A DNA stretch of 62,591 bases. Origin: a virus (Duplodnaviria; Caudoviricetes). Numbering within the stretch: position 1 is the stretch's first letter; each line of letters starts with the position of its first letter. Where the stretch lies: positions 1-62,591 of IMG/VR virus record IMGVR_UViG_3300017700_000663. One strand, 5' to 3'. Below the pieces are notes generated by a model. That model did no database searches. It was given only the letters and a program-made list of their open reading frames with translations, and had not been told where the DNA came from. The position numbers were made by a program, and so were the translations under genes. Shown here piece after piece: positions 35,757 to 45,160 of this stretch.

Positions 35757-37330
35757 GGACCCCTGTTAAAAAGCTGCGTCGACTTATCTGCACAGCTCTC
35801 CTTCCACTTGCCCTTGTCCTCGTCGCGCATCTGCGGCAACAGGCGCTCGCGGATCTCGTCGACCGCCAGCTCATTGGTGCATTGGTCGAGCTCGGCAAAG
35901 GCGTCGCGGCAGAAGTCCTGATACTCCTCGTCGCTGTCACCGCCATGCGGATCCTCGGCCTCAACATCAGCCGGCGGAATGCTGGGGCCGAGAGCTGCCA
36001 CGGTGGCGCTGGGCGCGGTTTCGACCGGGGCAACGGGCTTGGCCACCGCCAGCTCGCCGGCGCGCTGGGCGATCGCCTTGTTGATGCTCTTGAAGGCCTT
36101 CTCCGCTTCCTTCTCGCACCGGCCGAGATATTCGGCGTTGAGCTTGCGCCACTGATCGATCTCGGCGGCCGACTGCGCGGCCAGAATGTAATCGATCAGG
36201 ATCTTGCCCCACGGCACCCAGACGGCCCTGCCGCGCGTGGTCTGCAGCGGGATCAGGTGCGGCTCCTTGTCCTCCAAGATCTCGCCGGTCGTTTCGTCGA
36301 CCTTGACCTTGCCGCCTTTGCCGCCCTTGGGCGCATCGGCAGCGGGCTCCTTGGGGGCGTCGGTCTTCGGTGCCTCGGGCTTGGGCGCTTCCGCCGCCGG
36401 AGCCTGTGGCGCGGCAGGTGCCGCAGCGCTGGGTGCTGCCGGGGCTGGCGCTGAAGGTGCCGGCGGGTCCGAGGTGATCGCCGGGGCCGGTGCGGACGGC
36501 ACGATCGGTGCAGGTGGCGCTGACGGTGCAACAGGTGCCGGCTCGCGGTTGTTGAACTCGAAATTCTCGTCATCGCGGGTGATGATGCGTTCCAGATCGC
36601 TGCTGACAGGCACGGTCTTCATGCCGCGCCGGATGACTGCCTTGCGGTACCCCTCGCTCTTGAAGGTTGTCCACATCAGGCTGTCCTTGGCCTTCGACTG
36701 ATTGCGCGTCGTCTCGATCTGGTCCTTGTCCATCACCTCGCGGTGCAGGATGACGCCATCCTTTTTGAAAATTGCATACGCGCCGATCATGTCGCCGCGC
36801 GCCGTGCCCAGCTTGGCCGGCCGGTGGATGATGTGCGGCTCGTCGCCCTGCTCCCAGATGATGCCCTGACCTTCGGTGTCATTGGCATGGACGACCTGCG
36901 CATCGATGATGATGTCGTCGGTTTCTTTCGCCCGCTTGCGCAGGCCATATGTCATGGGGTTCCACTGCGCGGCCTTGATCCACTCTTCCTTGCCGTTGCG
37001 CTTCACCTTGGTGTTGTAGACGGTGATGACGCCCTCTCGGCCGTCGGGCATCAGGCCGTCCTGCGCGGCCTTGGTGACGGCGGCAAACAGCGTGCGGGCG
37101 TCGGCGGTCAGCAGATCCGGGTTCTGCTTCACGGCCGCGACCGTCGTGCTGATGAACTTTTCCTTGGAGATGTGGCGCGGCAGAATGTTGGCGAAGTCTG
37201 TCGCCCGCTCCTCCAGCCCCATCTCGAAGCTCTTCCAGAGCTCGATCTTCTTGCCCTCGGTGGGCGGTACTTCGGACAGGATTTCGCCTTCGATGATCTG
37301 GGGCGCTTCTTTTGTTTCGGTGGTAGCCAT
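35753..37330 (-). CDS. recT: RecT-family single-strand annealing protein with long Pro/Ala linker and C-terminal extension
   Basis: A.QDGL.PDGREG, MTYGLRK, AQVVHAND, GAYA, W...SEGYRKAVIRR..K.VP. Confidence 0.88.
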   Translation of the reverse strand: MATTETKEAPQIIEGEILSEVPPTEGKKIELWKSFEMGLEERATDFANILPRHISKEKFISTTVAAVKQNPDLLTADARTLFAAVTKAAQDGLMPDGREGVITVYNTKVKRNGKEEWIKAAQWNPMTYGLRKRAKETDDIIIDAQVVHANDTEGQGIIWEQGDEPHIIHRPAKLGTARGDMIGAYAIFKKDGVILHREVMDKDQIETTRNQSKAKDSLMWTTFKSEGYRKAVIRRGMKTVPVSSDLERIITRDDENFEFNNREPAPVAPSAPPAPIVPSAPAPAITSDPPAPSAPAPAAPSAAAPAAPQAPAAEAPKPEAPKTDAPKEPAADAPKGGKGGKVKVDETTGEILEDKEPHLIPLQTTRGRAVWVPWGKILIDYILAAQSAAEIDQWRKLNAEYLGRCEKEAEKAFKSINKAIAQRAGELAVAKPVAPVETAPSATVAALGPSIPPADVEAEDPHGGDSDEEYQDFCRDAFAELDQCTNELAVDEIRERLLPQMRDEDKGKWKESCADKSTQLFNRGP

Positions 37331-38379
37331 TATGAGATTTTGACCTCTTCGGTGGTTTCAACGCCCGGCACCGTCTGGCCGCCGTCGACGGCCCTCTGGG
37401 CGAGTTTCTGGATCAGCTCAATCAGCTCGGGCTGCGCTGCAAGGTAGGCGTATGCGGCCGCCTGATCCTTCACCACCGCGATCTTCTTGAGCTTCTGCGT
37501 GGCGGCGCGACCGGCGACGCCCTTGATGGCCAGCGGCGCGGCAGCCATGACAGGAGCCGGCGCAGGCTCTGGCGGCGGTGGCGTCGGTGCCGGCTGACCT
37601 TTTGGCGCATTCTTTTCCGCCTCTTCGCGGGCGATCTTTTCAAGTCGCGCCACTTCAGCAAGGCGCTTCCTCTCGGCCTCGACCTGCTCGTTGTGCTTTT
37701 TGGTGGCGTAAGCCTCCATCGCCTTCTTGATGGCAAGGGCACCATCCGCCGCCTTCTTGACCAGCGGCATCCACGTCGTGTTGGCCTTTTTCTGCGCGTC
37801 CAGATGCGGCCGCACGAGGGCCTCGCGGGTCTTATCGGCGTCGCCCGACAATTCGTTGAGACGCGCGCGCGCAGACTGCGCAGCCTTCAGCTCCTCGTCA
37901 TCCTTGATCACCGCGAACTTGGTGACCTTGGTGTAGGCGGCGTCGATCTGGTCCTTCATCGACTCGGCAGTCGGCGGCTCATTGTTGCCCGGAACGGCGC
38001 GCGGATTTCCCGGCGCATCGGCCGCAGGCTCGACGGCATCAGCAGCCGGGACTTCGGGCGCGGGCGCGGCGGGCTCACTTTCGTCCGGCCACAGGCCGCC
38101 AGCCATCACGGTGCGGTAGGCCTCTTCTGTCACCGGGTTCTGGCAGACATAGGTCCAGATCTCATTGGCATCAGCCACCTTGGTGCCGACCGTGGCGATC
38201 GGCTTGCCGTCTTCAAACCAGATCGCGACGGGTGACGCGCCGGCAAACTTCTTCTCGCCGCGCGCACCCTTCGATGCCTCGATCCGCTTGCGATAGAAGC
38301 CCGACTGGGGATCGCTCTCGTGCATCGGCATCTTTTCGCCGGCGAGCGCCCTGCGCCAGAAATCGTATGGGTCAGTCAT
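37330..38379 (-). CDS. Recombination-module hypothetical protein (coiled coil)
   Basis: PQSGFYR N-terminus, coiled coil, VPGV C-terminus; coupled to recT. Confidence 0.7.
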   Translation of the reverse strand: MTDPYDFWRRALAGEKMPMHESDPQSGFYRKRIEASKGARGEKKFAGASPVAIWFEDGKPIATVGTKVADANEIWTYVCQNPVTEEAYRTVMAGGLWPDESEPAAPAPEVPAADAVEPAADAPGNPRAVPGNNEPPTAESMKDQIDAAYTKVTKFAVIKDDEELKAAQSARARLNELSGDADKTREALVRPHLDAQKKANTTWMPLVKKAADGALAIKKAMEAYATKKHNEQVEAERKRLAEVARLEKIAREEAEKNAPKGQPAPTPPPPEPAPAPVMAAAPLAIKGVAGRAATQKLKKIAVVKDQAAAYAYLAAQPELIELIQKLAQRAVDGGQTVPGVETTEEVKIS

Positions 38380-38389
38380 GATCTTTCCT

Positions 38390-38668
38390 CTAAAATTTAT
38401 TCGGAATGACGTGGAAGGTCTGGTCGGCACCCTCGAAGAGGCCGTCGCCTGCAGCTCGCAGCAGGCCTGCGCGCTTCAGGTTCTGAAACGTGGTCGGCAG
38501 CACATCGGTGCCGCCCGGGGTCTGGTAGTGGATAGCGCCCATCTCGCCATGAACGCGCATGATGATGCCGCCAAGCCGGACGATGCGGTCATAACTTTTC
38601 TCCAGCCGCGTCTTCCGCTTCGGCTTTTCTTTTTTGACGCGCGGGGGTTTCGGCTCTTTGGCGGCCAT
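38390..38668 (-). CDS. Basic hypothetical protein
   Basis: 92 aa; DGLF C-terminal motif. Confidence 0.6.
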   Translation of the reverse strand: MAAKEPKPPRVKKEKPKRKTRLEKSYDRIVRLGGIIMRVHGEMGAIHYQTPGGTDVLPTTFQNLKRAGLLRAAGDGLFEGADQTFHVIPNKF

Positions 38669-38877
38669 CAGATTTGCGCCAGATCTGGGCGCAGGACATC
38701 GGCGATCATCCCAAGGGCGACGAAGCTGAGAATGAACAGAAGGACCACGAGGATCCCGCCCAGCACATCCCAGACCTCGATCTTGTAGCCCTTGCGGTAC
38801 GAGCTGGACAAAAACCAGACCAGCAGCACCAGCAGAATGGCGAGGCCGAGGTAAATAGCCTGCATCTCGAGATCCAT
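38668..38877 (-). CDS. Small two-TM membrane protein
   Basis: GGAGA RBS; two hydrophobic helices; first gene of the leftward operon. Confidence 0.6.
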   Translation of the reverse strand: MDLEMQAIYLGLAILLVLLVWFLSSSYRKGYKIEVWDVLGGILVVLLFILSFVALGMIADVLRPDLAQI

Positions 38878-38897
38878 GTGCGTGATTCTCCCAAATC

Positions 38898-38950
38898 GAC
38901 TTGACGGTTCTACGCGGATCGGTTTAGAGGTGTCAAGCACGGTTAAGTCA
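38898..38950. promoter_or_regulatory. Overlapping divergent sigma70-type promoters
   Basis: Minus strand TTGACA-N17-GTAGAA; plus strand TTGACG-N17-TTAGAG; located between divergent operons. Confidence 0.6.
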
Positions 38951-38969
38951 AAAAGCGGGAGACCTATAT

Positions 38970-39185
38970 ATGGCGCTGGCCAAGGCCAAATACACACCGC
39001 CTCAACTAAGCATTTACGAACGCATCAAAAATATGAAGCCGCAAACCTCCATCATCATCGAGGGGGCGAAGCTCAATAGCGTTCGATCCACAGCGTCGCA
39101 GGTCGCGGCCGCAGATGATTCGGTGAGGCGCATGCACCGTTCCGCCAAAATAGGCCGGAACGTTCAGGTCTGGCGCGACCAGTGA
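38970..39185 (+). CDS. Small basic putative DNA-binding protein
   Basis: GGAGA RBS; 71 aa; first gene of the rightward operon. Confidence 0.55.
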   Translation: MALAKAKYTPPQLSIYERIKNMKPQTSIIIEGAKLNSVRSTASQVAAADDSVRRMHRSAKIGRNVQVWRDQ

Positions 39186-39502
39186 AAGAGCTTTGGGAAT
39201 ATGAGCGGCAATACCCCGATGTCCCGGGGGCGAAGCGCGCCGGCACCTCGACCGATGCCGCGATCGCCATGCAGCCGCGAGCAGGCACCATCAAGCACAG
39301 GATCCTGACGCTGATGCAGGATGGCCAGCACCGGACGCCCGACGAGGCCGCCGTTGAGCTTGGCCTATCAGTTCTGGCGGTGCGGCCCCGGTTCACCGAG
39401 CTGGCGGCTGCAAAGCTGGTGACCGAAACCGGCGACACCCGGAAAAACGATTCGGGCCAAAAGGCCAATGTCTACAGGATTGCCGGGGTATCGCATGGGT
39501 AG
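39182..39502 (+). CDS. Winged-helix DNA-binding protein
   Basis: TS.DAA, TPDEAA..LG....VRPRFTEL...LV..TG..R..SG..A.VY. Confidence 0.7.
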   Translation: MKELWEYERQYPDVPGAKRAGTSTDAAIAMQPRAGTIKHRILTLMQDGQHRTPDEAAVELGLSVLAVRPRFTELAAAKLVTETGDTRKNDSGQKANVYRIAGVSHG

Positions 39503-39920
39503 GCGCAGCTGGTCGGACGCGCACGTCAAGGCCGTGAGGGACGGTGCCGCTGACAAATTGTCGATGGGTGATGTCGCCCGGCTTATCGGGAAAAGCCGAA
39601 ATTCGGTCGCCAGCAAGGCGCACCAGCTGGGGGTGGTCTTCAATTCCCAGCCAGAGCTGACGCAGCGCCTGCGCGCGCCGAGGGTTGCCAAGCCCCAGCC
39701 GAAGCCGGTGGTCGCCGTCCCTGAGCCTGCCAGCCCCCCAGAATCGTCTCTGGGCGTGACTATCGAGGCGCTGGGGGACCGCATGTGCCGCTGGCCGGAT
39801 CCGGGGGAGGGGCGGGCCCTCACCTATTGCGGCCACCAGACGGAGGGGCCCCGCCGGCCTTACTGCGCCGCGCACGCCCGGGCGCAGCGCAGCGCCGTCC
39901 AACCGACGTGGAAACCATGA
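39495..39920 (+). CDS. gcrA: GcrA-family cell-cycle regulator homolog
   Basis: N-terminal W....LS...A..IG.SRNSV.SKAH.LG; C-terminal CRWP..YCG..PYC..H. Confidence 0.85.
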   Translation: MGRRSWSDAHVKAVRDGAADKLSMGDVARLIGKSRNSVASKAHQLGVVFNSQPELTQRLRAPRVAKPQPKPVVAVPEPASPPESSLGVTIEALGDRMCRWPDPGEGRALTYCGHQTEGPRRPYCAAHARAQRSAVQPTWKP

Positions 39921-40138
39921 ACGCCCGCGAGCAGGCCTCCAGCTTCGCCCAGACCATCAGGAATCGGTTCGCCGATGGCCAGTCGCCGGAACAGATCTCG
40001 GAAGAGCTGGGCGTGGACGTCGACGCAGTCTGCGAGCTGGTCGGACTGATCAACAACCCGAAATTCGCCATCGCGCGCCGCGTCCGCAAGGCGACGTGGC
40101 GTGACCCCATAACCCTGAACGGCGTGGTGCGCTGGTGA
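39917..40138 (+). CDS. Small HTH protein
   Basis: GQSPEQISEELGVDVDAV. Confidence 0.55.
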   Translation: MNAREQASSFAQTIRNRFADGQSPEQISEELGVDVDAVCELVGLINNPKFAIARRVRKATWRDPITLNGVVRW

Positions 40139-41091
40139 CCCGAAATTATGCCAAGATCTCGACCTCGATCTGGGGATCGGCCAAATTCAAATCCCTTGGC
40201 GCGGACGACCGCGCCAAGCTGCTCTATTTACACCTGCACAGCTGCAAATCCGTCAATAGTATCGGGTGCTTCCGGGTGCCGCTGGGCTACATCACGGCCG
40301 ACATGAAGTGGAGCGAGGCCACGGTCAAAAAGGCTATTGATAGCCTATCCAAGGTCGAGCTGATCGAGCACAACCCGGTCGAGGACGTCGTCAGGATCAT
40401 CGATTTCATCTTCCACGACATGCCAACCAACCCGAAGCATGGGCTGGCGATCCTGCGCGTGGCCAAGATGGTGCCCGACTGCGCCCAGAAGCGCCGGGCC
40501 ATGGAGGATCTAGGCGCGGCGATCGACGCGGCCGGCTTCAGCGGCACCGATAATCTAAAAGCCGCCATTAGGCTAGAAATTGATAGGCTATCGGTAGGGT
40601 ATCCAGCGTTGAAGTCGGAATCGCCGCCCTTGTCCCTTTTCCCTGTTCCCCTTTCCCCTACCCATACCCAGACCCAAGATTCTTGCACCGGGCCTTCGGC
40701 CCTCGTGCCGGCGGATGCCGAGGATCCGCTCCTGATCACATTCCCGACCAACAGATTTAACACCACTGGCGAGGTATTTGAGGTTCGTCAGAGCCTCTTC
40801 GCCCAGATGGCCGAGCTGTATCCCGGCATCGAAAACATCGCCCAGCAATTCCGCAGCATGGCCGGCTGGCTTCTGGCCAATGAGAAAAAGCGGAAAACGC
40901 TGAAGGGGATGAAGACCTTCATCAACAGCTGGCTGTCACGCGAGCACAATCGAGGAGGCCAGAATGGCCAAAACAACCGACCGTCCAAAAATAATAACTG
41001 GATCACTGGTGCAGCCCAGCTCGCCGCCGAGCTCCGCGAGCAGCGCGGCACTGCCGGGGGCGACGGAGCCACAGTCATCAATCCCGACTGA
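40135..41091 (+). CDS. Phage replication initiator protein
   Basis: YAKI...IW...F..L..AKLLYL.L N-terminal wHTH, internal iteron-like repeats, C-terminal KRKT..GMK.FI.SWL. Confidence 0.75.
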   Translation: MTRNYAKISTSIWGSAKFKSLGADDRAKLLYLHLHSCKSVNSIGCFRVPLGYITADMKWSEATVKKAIDSLSKVELIEHNPVEDVVRIIDFIFHDMPTNPKHGLAILRVAKMVPDCAQKRRAMEDLGAAIDAAGFSGTDNLKAAIRLEIDRLSVGYPALKSESPPLSLFPVPLSPTHTQTQDSCTGPSALVPADAEDPLLITFPTNRFNTTGEVFEVRQSLFAQMAELYPGIENIAQQFRSMAGWLLANEKKRKTLKGMKTFINSWLSREHNRGGQNGQNNRPSKNNNWITGAAQLAAELREQRGTAGGDGATVINPD

Positions 41092-41500
41092 CGACGAGCA
41101 TAAGCTGGCGCTGTTGATGCAGCTTGGCGTCCACTTCTGGCCGCCGGATGTCACGGCCGGTCAGGCGCGATCGAAGCTGGCTGACTACATCAGGGATCTG
41201 GAAAAATATCGCGTGTCGGAGCTGGAGAATTTTTGCTCGCGCTGGCGTCTGGATGCGACGAAGAAAAAATTTCCGATGATTGGAGAGGTGGTGGCACACC
41301 TCGACGATCACCGTCGGCATGTCACGGCTATGGCGGAGAAGGACAAGCGCGGCCCTGTCACCTCGCGGCCGCTGATGTGGTGGCACCGCCCGAAGTCGCG
41401 CTGGGATGCCGGCTGGCGCGAGACTGACGTGCCGGCAGGGCAGAAGATCCGCGACGTCGACGGTGGCGCGCTTCGAGATCCTAATCGCGGGTATGGCTGA
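40964..41500 (+). CDS. Putative helicase loader/inhibitor-like protein (start uncertain)
   Basis: Follows initiator; Y..DL..Y...W......FP.IGE pattern. Confidence 0.5.
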   Translation: MAKTTDRPKIITGSLVQPSSPPSSASSAALPGATEPQSSIPTDDEHKLALLMQLGVHFWPPDVTAGQARSKLADYIRDLEKYRVSELENFCSRWRLDATKKKFPMIGEVVAHLDDHRRHVTAMAEKDKRGPVTSRPLMWWHRPKSRWDAGWRETDVPAGQKIRDVDGGALRDPNRGYG

Positions 41501-41732
41501 CGCGCAGGCCGTGGTACTGACCGCGTGCGAAGCGGCGCAGCTCGGCTTTAGTGTTGAGCTCGTCGCGATTGTTCATCTTTGATCCGCCAGACATGATGCG
41601 GGTGCATATCACGCCTTGGGAATTTTTTACCCGTAGGAGGTCGTGGCCGGTTCCTGACCTACCTATCTCCACGACCTCCAGCCCAAGATTCTCTGCGATC
41701 GCGCGTATAACCTTGATGGTTTTACCGCCCAT
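41481..41732 (-). CDS. Small HicA-like fold protein
   Basis: LG.EV..GRSGTGH, S.....N..AELRR; no adjacent antitoxin recognised. Confidence 0.4.
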   Translation of the reverse strand: MGGKTIKVIRAIAENLGLEVVEIGRSGTGHDLLRVKNSQGVICTRIMSGGSKMNNRDELNTKAELRRFARGQYHGLRVSHTRD

Positions 41733-41925
41733 CTTTTGACGCCTCCTTGGCCTTGCGGCGCAGCCGGGCCCGTTCATTCACCGCGCGCATCGTCTCGTTG
41801 TACTTCTCGCGGTTGACGACGGTGATCTTCGATTTCGCGACCCGGGCCGAGACAGCTCCAGATCCTTTGCACAGGGGGCAGGTATGATTCGGTTTGGCCA
41901 CAGCGTGGTCTCCTCTAGTGGTGGG

Positions 41926-42414
41926 TTATTTCAGGCTGTCGACGTGGATGCCGCAGCCGCCGCAGATCTTCGGATCTCGACGCGACGCATAGTGACCGGG
42001 GCAATTCTCCTCGGCGTAATACGGCGCATTCTCCTGCAGGTTGTCGATCGCCTCAATCTCCGTCTCGCCGCTGCCGCTTCCGTGGCGCATGGCGGTGCCG
42101 TCATCGTCCGGCTCGTCGCCGTCATAGGTGGCCTGCCAGTCCATGTGCCGCCACGGAATTGGCGGATAGACGTAGGTGGTGACGATCTTCGGGTCGCCTT
42201 CGCCTGCCGGGAAGCCGTGCTTCTGCATGTAGGCGATGCGTCGGGCCCGCTCGCGCGCGCCGCCGCCAGACACAGGCTTGGATCCGCTGGGGCGGTTGCG
42301 CGCGCTGCCGGGCACCGGGTCTTCTGCCGGTCCAGCCAGTGCGGCAGCTGCAGACAGCGCCAGCGACGAGGCACCGAGAATGCCGGCGAACATCATTGTC
42401 CGGTTGCTGCGCAT
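41926..42414 (-). CDS. Hypothetical early protein with C-terminal Zn motif
   Basis: Coupled ORF; CPGH..CGGCG. Confidence 0.55.
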   Translation of the reverse strand: MRSNRTMMFAGILGASSLALSAAAALAGPAEDPVPGSARNRPSGSKPVSGGGARERARRIAYMQKHGFPAGEGDPKIVTTYVYPPIPWRHMDWQATYDGDEPDDDGTAMRHGSGSGETEIEAIDNLQENAPYYAEENCPGHYASRRDPKICGGCGIHVDSLK

Positions 42415-42641
42415 TACAGGCCCTCCGCGATGGCGACGCACTTGCTGTAGCCGTCCCGCTCCAGCCACTGCTCGACAGCGGTCACGGCTTTCAGGGTCGG
42501 GATAGCGGCGTCGGTCTCGATGTTGTCGATCTCGATCTCGGGCCCCAGCGCGCCGGCGGCCGTGACGTAGGTAAACCAGAGCGTCAGCTGCACAGTCGCG
42601 CCGTCGATCTCCAGCTCGATGTCGATGCGGTGGGTTTTCAT
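42414..42641 (-). CDS. Acidic hypothetical early protein
   Basis: 75 aa; coupled. Confidence 0.6.
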   Translation of the reverse strand: MKTHRIDIELEIDGATVQLTLWFTYVTAAGALGPEIEIDNIETDAAIPTLKAVTAVEQWLERDGYSKCVAIAEGL

Positions 42642-42889
42642 GCCGGCACCCGCTGGCGGCGTGTGACGCGCACCTTGAGAAGGCCGTGCATAGCGGAGGC
42701 GCGGCCGGTTTTGTTCTTCATCGCCTTCAGGCCCAAGCGCTGTACGAGACCGGCGAGATCCGCCGTCAGCTCGACGTCGGCGTTCTCATGGCCATCCGGC
42801 ACATGGTGGAAGCCGGTGCCGGTCTCCACCTTCTTGCGGATCTCACGCTGGAGGGTGGCGGTCTGCGATACCGTATGAGCGCGGCTCAT
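42638..42889 (-). CDS. Hypothetical early protein
   Basis: ATGA overlaps at both ends. Confidence 0.6.
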   Translation of the reverse strand: MSRAHTVSQTATLQREIRKKVETGTGFHHVPDGHENADVELTADLAGLVQRLGLKAMKNKTGRASAMHGLLKVRVTRRQRVPA

Positions 42890-43629
42890 GACTTCACCGC
42901 CTTGCGCGGCGCAGGCATCGGCATCCAGCCTGTCGCCGGCTCGCCGTATGTCCAGTCGTTGAAGCCGACGCAATTTTGAACGATGCCGTGGTGTGCGCCA
43001 TGGTCCCACTGGATCGGGCAGACCTCGCCCTTCGCGTTGGTGATCAGGTACATACCCTTCTTGGGCTCGGTTTCCATGTCGCGCCACGGATCCGCCGCCC
43101 TGTCTCCGCCGGCGAGGGCGATCGCGGCCTCTGCAGCGTCCATGATGGCATGGGGTCGGCCCGGGAATGGCTGGCCCCACTTCAGGCCGTCGATGTGCGC
43201 CTTGAGGGCGAGCACGGTTTCCAGCAGTGCCGGGCCAGCCTTCTGGATGCGCTCGATCCGCACCGCTTCGGCAGCGGCCGCCTGCTCGGCGAGAAGTTTG
43301 GCTTCGCCGGCCGCGTAGGCTTCGGCATATGCGACGCGATAGTCGCCGGCCTGCACCTGCGCGGCCTCGATCAGGCGCTTGCTGGCGGCGGAGAAGCTGT
43401 TGAGCTTGCGGGTATCGAAGTAACCGGGGTCGTCGCGCCCGAGGCCTTCAGGGCATTTCTTGTAGAGGGTGTCCTGCACCGCGCCAGTCTTGAGCGCGAG
43501 CCAGACGTGATAGCGCGCGCCGTCATGATTGAAATTGAGGAGCGCGCGGCTGCTGGCGATCGTCTTTTCGCCATTGTAGACCCAGAGCGAGATCTCGATC
43601 TCGTATTTTCCGTCGGTGACTTTGGCCAT
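42886..43629 (-). CDS. Hypothetical protein with C-terminal DUF551-like module
   Basis: GGAGA RBS; WRDMETEPK...TGWMPMPAP. Confidence 0.6.
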   Translation of the reverse strand: MAKVTDGKYEIEISLWVYNGEKTIASSRALLNFNHDGARYHVWLALKTGAVQDTLYKKCPEGLGRDDPGYFDTRKLNSFSAASKRLIEAAQVQAGDYRVAYAEAYAAGEAKLLAEQAAAAEAVRIERIQKAGPALLETVLALKAHIDGLKWGQPFPGRPHAIMDAAEAAIALAGGDRAADPWRDMETEPKKGMYLITNAKGEVCPIQWDHGAHHGIVQNCVGFNDWTYGEPATGWMPMPAPRKAVKS

Positions 43630-43819
43630 GGTGATTCTCCCTAGCTGAAATAGAGGGCGGCACAGCCACCCAGAAAAATTGCGATCTCGACTATTGCCCG
43701 AGACACCTTGTGCAGGCTGACCACTTTGTCCTCGCGCGAGTGGGCGAGGCCAAGGAGCCAAAAAAGCGCAGCGCCCAAGATCAAAAGGAATGTGTGCATT
43801 GTGTCTCCAGTTCTGATGG

Positions 43820-44152
43820 TTAGCGGCCGACCCAGCGGGTGCCGGTGACGCGGAAGCCTTTGTGCCAAGGCTTGATGTCGTAGAATTGCGTGAGGTCGAC
43901 ATGGTTGGGATGGCGCTTCATGTACTCGGCGCGCTTGGCAGCGACGGCAGCTTCGGTCTTGCCGATGATGGTGACGCCCATCTCCCAGATGCTGGTGCGC
44001 AGCGGGGCCTCGATCACGGCCGCGTCGCGATCGCCAAGCCAGACCCAGCGGCGTTCGTCATTTTCGGCCGCGATCTTCGCGCATTCGGCGTCGTGGCGGA
44101 TCTTCTCGGCGGCAGCGCGCGTGAAATAGTCGTCGTTGGCAGCAGGGGTCAT
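43820..44152 (-). CDS. Hypothetical early protein
   Basis: GGAG RBS; 110 aa. Confidence 0.6.
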   Translation of the reverse strand: MTPAANDDYFTRAAAEKIRHDAECAKIAAENDERRWVWLGDRDAAVIEAPLRTSIWEMGVTIIGKTEAAVAAKRAEYMKRHPNHVDLTQFYDIKPWHKGFRVTGTRWVGR

Positions 44153-44324
44153 GTCAGGCTCCGTAGTAGAGGATGGCGGGCTCAGGCTTCAGGTCGAACT
44201 TGCGGACCCGGTAGCCCAGCGATCGGTCGGCGGCCGCAAACATATTGCGATCAAATTCGCTCGAAAATATCAGGCGAAACTTGCGGCGGCCGGCGTTGCC
44301 GTAGAGGTAGCCGAATCGTTTCAT

Positions 44325-44570
44325 CTACTTCTCCACGTCGTTGTTCATGTGTGAGCAATAGATCTGGCGGCCAAACTCGATGGCGATCGGGTGCCATTTG
44401 CGTTCGGCGGGCAGCATGCTCTTGGCGGTCGGGGCGGCATAATACCAATCGCCGACAGCGTAGAGCGCGCAGCGATATTTGCCGGGCTGGTAGCTGTATT
44501 CCTTCATCTCGGCGAGATCGAAGCCAAGGTGGGTGGCGATGATCTCAGGGGCTCGGACTTGTCTGGTCAT
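44325..44570 (-). CDS. Hypothetical early protein
   Basis: TGAGGA RBS; directly downstream of operator-containing promoter. Confidence 0.65.
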   Translation of the reverse strand: MTRQVRAPEIIATHLGFDLAEMKEYSYQPGKYRCALYAVGDWYYAAPTAKSMLPAERKWHPIAIEFGRQIYCSHMNNDVEK

Positions 44571-44606
44571 TGATGTGGTCCTCAGTTCGTAGGCGTCTTA
44601 TTGCCA

Positions 44607-44626
44607 GATAGGTATCTATCGGTCAA
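44607..44626 (-). promoter_or_regulatory. Operator-like palindrome GATAGGTATCTATC abutting a TTGACC -35 hexamer
   Basis: Same motif recurs at 46167 and 46184. Confidence 0.6.
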
Positions 44627-44903
44627 GTGGGGTGGCGGACTTTTCCTTGGCAACGCGCGCCTCATAGCGGGCCAGATAGGCCTCGCCGGCCGGGGTGATC
44701 CTCGATTCGATGCTGCCGGTCAGGTAACCAAGACGCACCGCCTTGAACTTCGTCTGCCACTGGGCGGCATGTGCGACCTCGTAGTGGCCGCCTTCGTTAG
44801 CGCGCAGGAACTTCACCATGGCCGGCGTCGGATCGATGCGGCGGCGCTTCTTGCGGTTCATCGCCTTCTTCAGCTTCGCGCGGGCGGTCAGGAAGTTCGA
44901 CAT
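44616..44903 (-). CDS. Basic hypothetical early protein
   Basis: Coupled start; ITPAGEAYL wHTH-like end. Confidence 0.55.
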   Translation of the reverse strand: MSNFLTARAKLKKAMNRKKRRRIDPTPAMVKFLRANEGGHYEVAHAAQWQTKFKAVRLGYLTGSIESRITPAGEAYLARYEARVAKEKSATPLDR

Positions 44904-45157
44904 CACAGCTTCTCCACTTCCTTGATCATGGCGTCCCAGTCGGGCTTGCCGCTCTTCATCACGACGTCGATGACGCGGTCGCCGACCTTGAAATTGCGGC
45001 ACTCGTTCCACTGGCCGACATTTTCGCGACCGATCTCCAGCGTCAGGCCTTTGGCCTGCAGCGCGTCCATCAACTCGGCCTTGGTGCCCGGCAGGCGTGG
45101 GTTGTTGTTGCGGCTGCGGCCGTATCGTGAGCGGGACAGGTTCATGCCGTTGGCCAT
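44903..45157 (-). CDS. Hypothetical early protein
   Basis: AAGGA RBS; 84 aa. Confidence 0.6.
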   Translation of the reverse strand: MANGMNLSRSRYGRSRNNNPRLPGTKAELMDALQAKGLTLEIGRENVGQWNECRNFKVGDRVIDVVMKSGKPDWDAMIKEVEKL

Positions 45158-45160
45158 GGC

